From the NCBI RefSeq assembly GCF_001194135.2, contig NC_068984.1, positions 138,653,487 to 138,708,995 on the forward strand: 55,509 nt of DNA, read 5' to 3'. Positions 50,661-55,509 of the stretch are shown here, piece by piece (position 1 is the stretch's first letter; every line of letters starts with the position of its first letter). The notes under the pieces were generated by a model. That model did not search any database. It worked only from the letters and a program-made list of their open reading frames with translations, and was not told the origin of the DNA. A program made the position numbers and the translations under genes. This DNA comes from Octopus bimaculoides (taxonomy: Eukaryota).

Positions 50661-50835
50661 CTTCCTCAAACAAGTGTTCTGAACCTCTATGATCAACACA
50701 CAGAAAATAGCAAATCAATAACCTCTGTACCAAATGCTTTTCGGATTAAGGCAGCTGATCCACCACAATTCCTCAACGAGGATGAGGCTAGACAGTGGGC
50801 AAAAGACCGACAGAAAAAGGATAACCATAATTTGA
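50661..50835 (+). CDS. MITF: MITF/TFE exon: 14-3-3-site region plus start of basic region (LPQTSVLNLY...TSVP...EDEARQWAKDRQKKDNHNL)
   Basis: RQKKDNHN is the MiT signature; aaAG acceptor, A|GTAAGT donor, phase 0/1. Confidence 0.97.
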
Positions 50836-50907
50836 GTAAGTTGACGCTATTCATTAGATAATTACTATTTTTAAATCTCACAATGTGAGATATTCAGCAA
50901 CAGTACT

Positions 50908-51227
50908 TTGTAGTAAAGATCGTTTGCCAACATAACATGGCAGTCCTGGTTTAGGACTAATGTTGCTGTAATTTAGCCCCAAGAGACATTGTCTCCAGCT
51001 GGCTATACGACACGATCTGTGTCCTTATATTTTCGAACAAGGGAATCACAATATACAGATATTGTTTTGAGCTGAGTGGAGGTGCTAGATTCTCTTGTTC
51101 AAAAATATAAGGACACGGATTGTGTCATATAGCCAACTTGAGATGATGTCTCCTGAGGCTAAATTACAGCAACATTAGTCCTAAACCAGGACTGCCATGT
51201 TCTGTTGGCAAACAATCTTTACTACAA
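50908..51227. repeat. Fold-back/MITE-like element: 140-bp inverted arms with 40-bp spacer
   Basis: Arms 50908-51047 and 51088-51227 are about 90% complementary by manual alignment, mostly transitions. Confidence 0.9.
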
Positions 51228-52452
51228 CACTATTCATGTTTAAAATTCTGTCATGGCTCCTTTTTATTTTCATATGTACAAATTTGATTATAACCTGTTG
51301 TGCATTGGTCGGGCTGATGAATGTTGGTAAACCTATTATACACATTGTCTAAGGTCTGTTGGTCTACCTCTTATATAGTTGTCTAAGTACAGGTTCACAA
51401 AGGTGTTGTGTTATTGTCTGTGCCCTATCCAAAGTCCTTCTGCTTGATAAGGTTGATGATATGCCAGTCAGCAACCAAGTGAGCAATGTAAGAGCAGCTT
51501 ATCGATATGGAATACATTCTGTTATGTAGTATAGTTGTACAATAATAAACTATCTAGTAGTGAAAGCTTGTTGCATGTATTTTGCTATCTGGTTTTTACA
51601 GAAAATATTTTATAGAATTAGAACAACTCAACTGATCCTTGAGAGTAATTCATTGCTTGCAACAAACTTCAAAAATTTCTTTAATGTGCTGAGAGTTTCA
51701 GTTCTTTACATCCTTGATCCAGAAGTACCATGCTTTCACTAATTGTTTTGGCTGTCCACGTAGCCATAATTAGGGGCTAACACATCTCAGCTTTCACACC
51801 CTTTACTGAAAGGATTATCCAGGATGTGGCAGCTACAGAGACAGGAGCCTGCTATCTGTGTTTGCATGGATTGACCTATTTACAGATTACATCTTTTAGC
51901 TGTTCATGGCTTTACAGAATGGTGTTCATTGCTCAAGGATATATTCACCTGCTTACATAATTTATATAATTAATTAGCTTGCTGACCAGAATTCCTATTT
52001 CAAATTACATCAGTTCATATGTAGTGTCTACTTTCTGATAAATATTAACTTTGTTCAAAATTTATAATTCAAATTTTATTTATTATTATTATTAGGTAAT
52101 CACACAGAAACATATTAACATATGTTGCTTGAGAATCAAGAAATGACTATTCTGTTTCTAGATAAATCTTTATGTATTGATCTTGTCTATAAGACTGGAT
52201 GACAGGTGATATAATAACAACAGAGAACCAGAATAACTAGCTTAAAAATTTAGCTTCAGCTTTTTAGGTCTTTAGTTCAAACACTGACTATGGCTTTCCT
52301 TCCTCCAGCATTAATAAAATGTAAAACAATAATATGTTGGTCTTAATTCAGTTAATGCCATTTCTTATCTATTTCCTCAAAATTGCACTTGTGTCTAAAG
52401 ATAAATGAATATTAGGAACTGGTTTAAACAATTTATATTCTATTTTTTTCAG

Positions 52453-52528
52453 TTGAACGGAGAAGAAGGTTTAATATCAATGACAGAATTAAGGAACTTG
52501 GAACACTCCTACCCAAAAACAGTGACCC
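52453..52528 (+). CDS. MITF: MITF/TFE exon: basic region-helix 1-loop ([26 protein letters not shown])
   Basis: Near identity to MITF; ttttcAG acceptor, CC|GTAAGT donor, phase 1/2. Confidence 0.99.
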
Positions 52529-52818
52529 GTAAGTAAATTCTCACTGCATTTTATTGGAAAAATGCTAAAGTAAAGAAATTCATAAAATTGTTTGTCTAAA
52601 AGGAGGATTTTTCTAATGCAGAAAAAAATCTGACTCCTTGATCATTTGACTCAATTTTTTTTTTTTTTGGCTTCATTAAATTCCCTTGTTATTAGACTTA
52701 ATGATGGACACTAGTTGGTTGTTAGTATCAAATTGGTTAATTATCTTAGCAATAGTGCCAAATTTTATTATTGTTTTTTTTTTCTTTTGTAATTGATTTA
52801 ATCCTTCTGTTTCTGCAG

Positions 52819-52966
52819 TGACACCCGACAGAATAAAGGTTCCATTTTAAAGAATTCCGTGGACTATATTCGAAGACTTAGAAAAGATCAAGATAAAATG
52901 CACAACCTTGAAGAAAAAAATAGATTGTCAGAGACAAACAACAGAAAACTTATGCTAAGAGTACAG
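52819..52966 (+). CDS. MITF: MITF/TFE exon: helix 2 and leucine zipper (DTRQNKGSILKNSVDYIRRLRKDQDKMHNLEEKNRLSETNNRKLMLRVQ)
   Basis: Aligns to MITF [20 protein letters not shown]...LLLRIQ; ctgcAG acceptor, CAG|GTAAGT donor, phase 2/0. Confidence 0.99.
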
Positions 52967-53044
52967 GTAAGTTAAGATTTACAAAATGTTCTGAATTTGA
53001 TTTTTTTTTTTTTTGTTTTCATTATTTTGCATGGCATAGCCTGG

Positions 53045-53308
53045 TAGTCATTCTATCAGTCACTTTTGTTGAATCATTAAGTTACAGAAACATAAACAAA
53101 CCAACACTAGTTGACAGGTGGTGGGCAGGGAGACAAACTCGAAAGCACACACAAACACACACAATTTCCAACTACTAAATTCATTCACAAAGCATTGGTC
53201 AGCCTGGGGCTATAACAGAGGACATTTGCCCAAAATGCCACACTGTGGGATCGAACCTGAGAATGTGTGGTTGCAAAGCAAACTTCTTAACCACACAGCC
53301 ATGCCTGC
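53045..53308 (-). mobile_element. SINE family A filling most of the last intron
   Basis: Reverse head (ccacacagccatgcctgc) and body. Confidence 0.7.
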
Positions 53309-53396
53309 TGTTATAGAAATTGTGTTAATTATGATAATTGTATCAATATTAGTGATGTTAGTTTTCTCTGTATGATTGCCTTTTTTTCTTTTACAG

Positions 53397-53660
53397 CATT
53401 TGGAAATGTTGTGTAAGTCTCACGGAATATCAACAGGTCTCCCTAACGACAGCAGTAGCTTGGCAGTCTTTGCAGATCTTCTCACACCACCTTGTGGAAA
53501 ATCCGATACAGATTTGCTTTTGGACCAAGTCAATAATGGTTTTTCCTCTGTTGGTAGCAGTGCTATGGACGAAGACAGCTCACCTGTCAGCGGAGATCCC
53601 ATGATGTCATCAAATCCCGTCAGTCCATCAATGGATGAAGATGATGACGAACTCATGTAA
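53397..53660 (+). CDS. MITF: MITF/TFE terminal exon (HLEMLCKSHG...DEDSSPVSGDPMMSSNPVSPSMDEDDDELM*)
   Basis: Continues the zipper (MITF ELEMQARAHG) and carries the SPV..DP..SS C-terminal motif; ttttacAG acceptor, TAA stop. Confidence 0.96.
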   Translation, partial: HLEMLCKSHGISTGLPNDSSSLAVFADLLTPPCGKSDTDLLLDQVNNGFSSVGSSAMDEDSSPVSGDPMMSSNPVSPSMDEDDDELM

Positions 53661-54200
53661 AATCCTCACAGCAAAATTACGGAACATTTTGTAAAAATGA
53701 AAGAAAAAAAAAGATTTTTTAAATGTCAAAGAAAAGAATAAAGAAAGAATACCAAAAATATGACAAAAAAATAATAAAATAGAAATATAAGAAGCAAAAA
53801 GAAACACAGAACCAGAGACATTTCTTTTGCTTCTCTTCACTCTTTCTTTCTTTACTTCCTTTCCTTAAGTGGATTATTATAAAACAAAATGTCTTGACTG
53901 TAAAATACAATTGAAATTTATGGACATCATACTGAAAAAAATTCATGTTATTTTTGTTTCCAATATTGTACAAAATATTTCCAAATTTTCTGTCAACTTC
54001 TTTCAAAACATTATTTTATTGAATTTTTTTTTTTTTGAAAACAATTTTTTCCTTTCATATTTTTCAAATTTTTTTTTTTTAAAGAAAAAAAAAAATACTC
54101 CCCCTCCTCTCAAAAAAATGACTATTTCACAACTAACAGTTTGTATTCTTATCAAACTGTAAATGAGAGAAACACAACTTCATCAAATATACACACCACA
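53661..54200 (+). other. Probable MITF 3'UTR (end undefined); AATAAA near 53737 and 53773
   Basis: A/U-rich sequence directly after the stop codon; no transcript evidence. Confidence 0.45.
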
Positions 54201-55120
54201 ATCCCACGTTTGAAATTTCAAATGAACACACCCATCTTTACAAGAAAGAAATCGAACCATATATAAATCATGTTATGGACATAGGAGAGATTTTGTATTT
54301 ATTTCTGTGTTTTTGTATTTATATGTATGTATATGTGTGTGTTTATGCCTTTGTGTATATATATATATATATATATTCATAATATTTATATATAATAAAC
54401 ATATATATTGATATATACACACACACATATATATATATACACATGCACACATGTATATGGTCTCTATTTTAATCTGTTTCTCATTTTAAAATCCTTATTT
54501 CCATCTTCTTTCTTCTATTACTACTACTACTATTATTCCTGCTACTACTACAGTGTTATTCTTTTCAAGACCCTTGTAAGTGTTGCAGTGCACGCCACCA
54601 ATGATAACCACCAAAAACCCAAATCACTGACCATAAGCCAATTCAAACCTCATATTTTTTCTGTTATCATCAACATTTACCTGGCGATTTTTTATTTTAC
54701 CCATCTATCACTATGGCTACCCACCACCCCAGATCATACAATTTATACAAAAACAAAATAGAACAAACAGTTACTCTTCAAGAACTATGATGTCTACTTC
54801 TGAAGTAAGAATTTCAAGAAGGTTTTGATAATATGCTGTCACATGCAATCTACACTAATTCTTCACTATTTGGTCCTGCTGACATAGTTTCTCTAAACTA
54901 CAAAGAGTAGAAGATATACCATAATGTGTTGTGCTTGATATCATTTTATGATTTCTTTGAAAAATCATTGATGTCATTAAACCATATATGTATACTTATA
55001 AATTGAGGATATAATCATTTTAATGATTATATTAGTGGCTAGCATATAAAAACGACCATATCGGTAAAATTAATTTTTTAGTATATAATTATATACTTAA
55101 AAAATATGTATATCTATCTG

Positions 55121-55195
55121 TATGTATGCATGTTTTCCAGAAATATGTATGTATGTATGTTTTCCAGAAATATGTATATATGTATGTTTTCCAGA
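55121..55195. repeat. About 27-bp tandem repeat x3 (tatgtatgtatgttttccagaaa)
   Basis: Direct reading. Confidence 0.8.
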
Positions 55196-55408
55196 AGGTG
55201 ATAAATTCAAAAGAAGTTATCTCAGGCCATTTAAATTAAGTACCCAAAGATAGGCCTTAGAGTGAATAAAATATCTAATCTATAATTGTTATTCTAACTA
55301 AATATATTTTATCAGAATATGATTATGGATTATATATGCAAAACAGATACACATAGACAAATGCAGAGGTACATATTTACATTAGTGCATCTCTCTCTTT
55401 CTCTCTTC

Positions 55409-55440
<32 letters not shown>

Positions 55441-55466
55441 GTATACATACATATACATACATATAC

Positions 55467-55509
<43 letters not shown>

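Noticed and set aside
52852-52854. KAS to KNS change in helix 2
   Set aside because: The position corresponds to a variable, probably exposed residue in other bHLH-ZIP proteins (Lys in MAX).
53420-53656. Antisense ORF over the last exon
   Set aside because: Shadow of the sense coding frame.
1-55509. CRISPR arrays, rRNA or bona fide tRNA genes
   Set aside because: None seen; tRNA-like boxes occur only as SINE heads.

Overview
AT-rich, microsatellite- and SINE-dense eukaryotic scaffold; the repeat landscape suggests an octopus-like cephalopod (inference). The window holds one multi-exon + strand gene, a MITF/TFE (MiT) family bHLH-leucine-zipper transcription factor. Six coding exons are well supported, all GT-AG with consistent phases: 27872-28132, 35029-35133, 50661-50835, 52453-52528, 52819-52966, 53397-53660. 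Two candidate ATG-bearing phase-0 first exons lie upstream (7806-7868; 13799-13948, a Tyr/Asn/His/Cys-rich 50 aa peptide). The canonical Gln-rich Rag-binding N-terminal exon was not found in the window. The introns carry three SINE-like families, TTAA-flanked piggyBac-type MITEs, a hAT MITE, and LINE remnants (HERO-like RLE, RTE, CR1/L2, L1/Tx1). They also carry several fold-back hairpins and a set of minimal type-I hammerhead ribozyme motifs with palindromic stem III. One hammerhead with an intact catalytic core is in sense orientation (49487-49570), about 1.1 kb upstream of the exon encoding the DNA-binding basic region. Nearly all ORFs in the supplied track are microsatellite, gap or SINE artefacts. 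Comparisons with human MITF/TFEB and named repeat families are from memory, not from searches.
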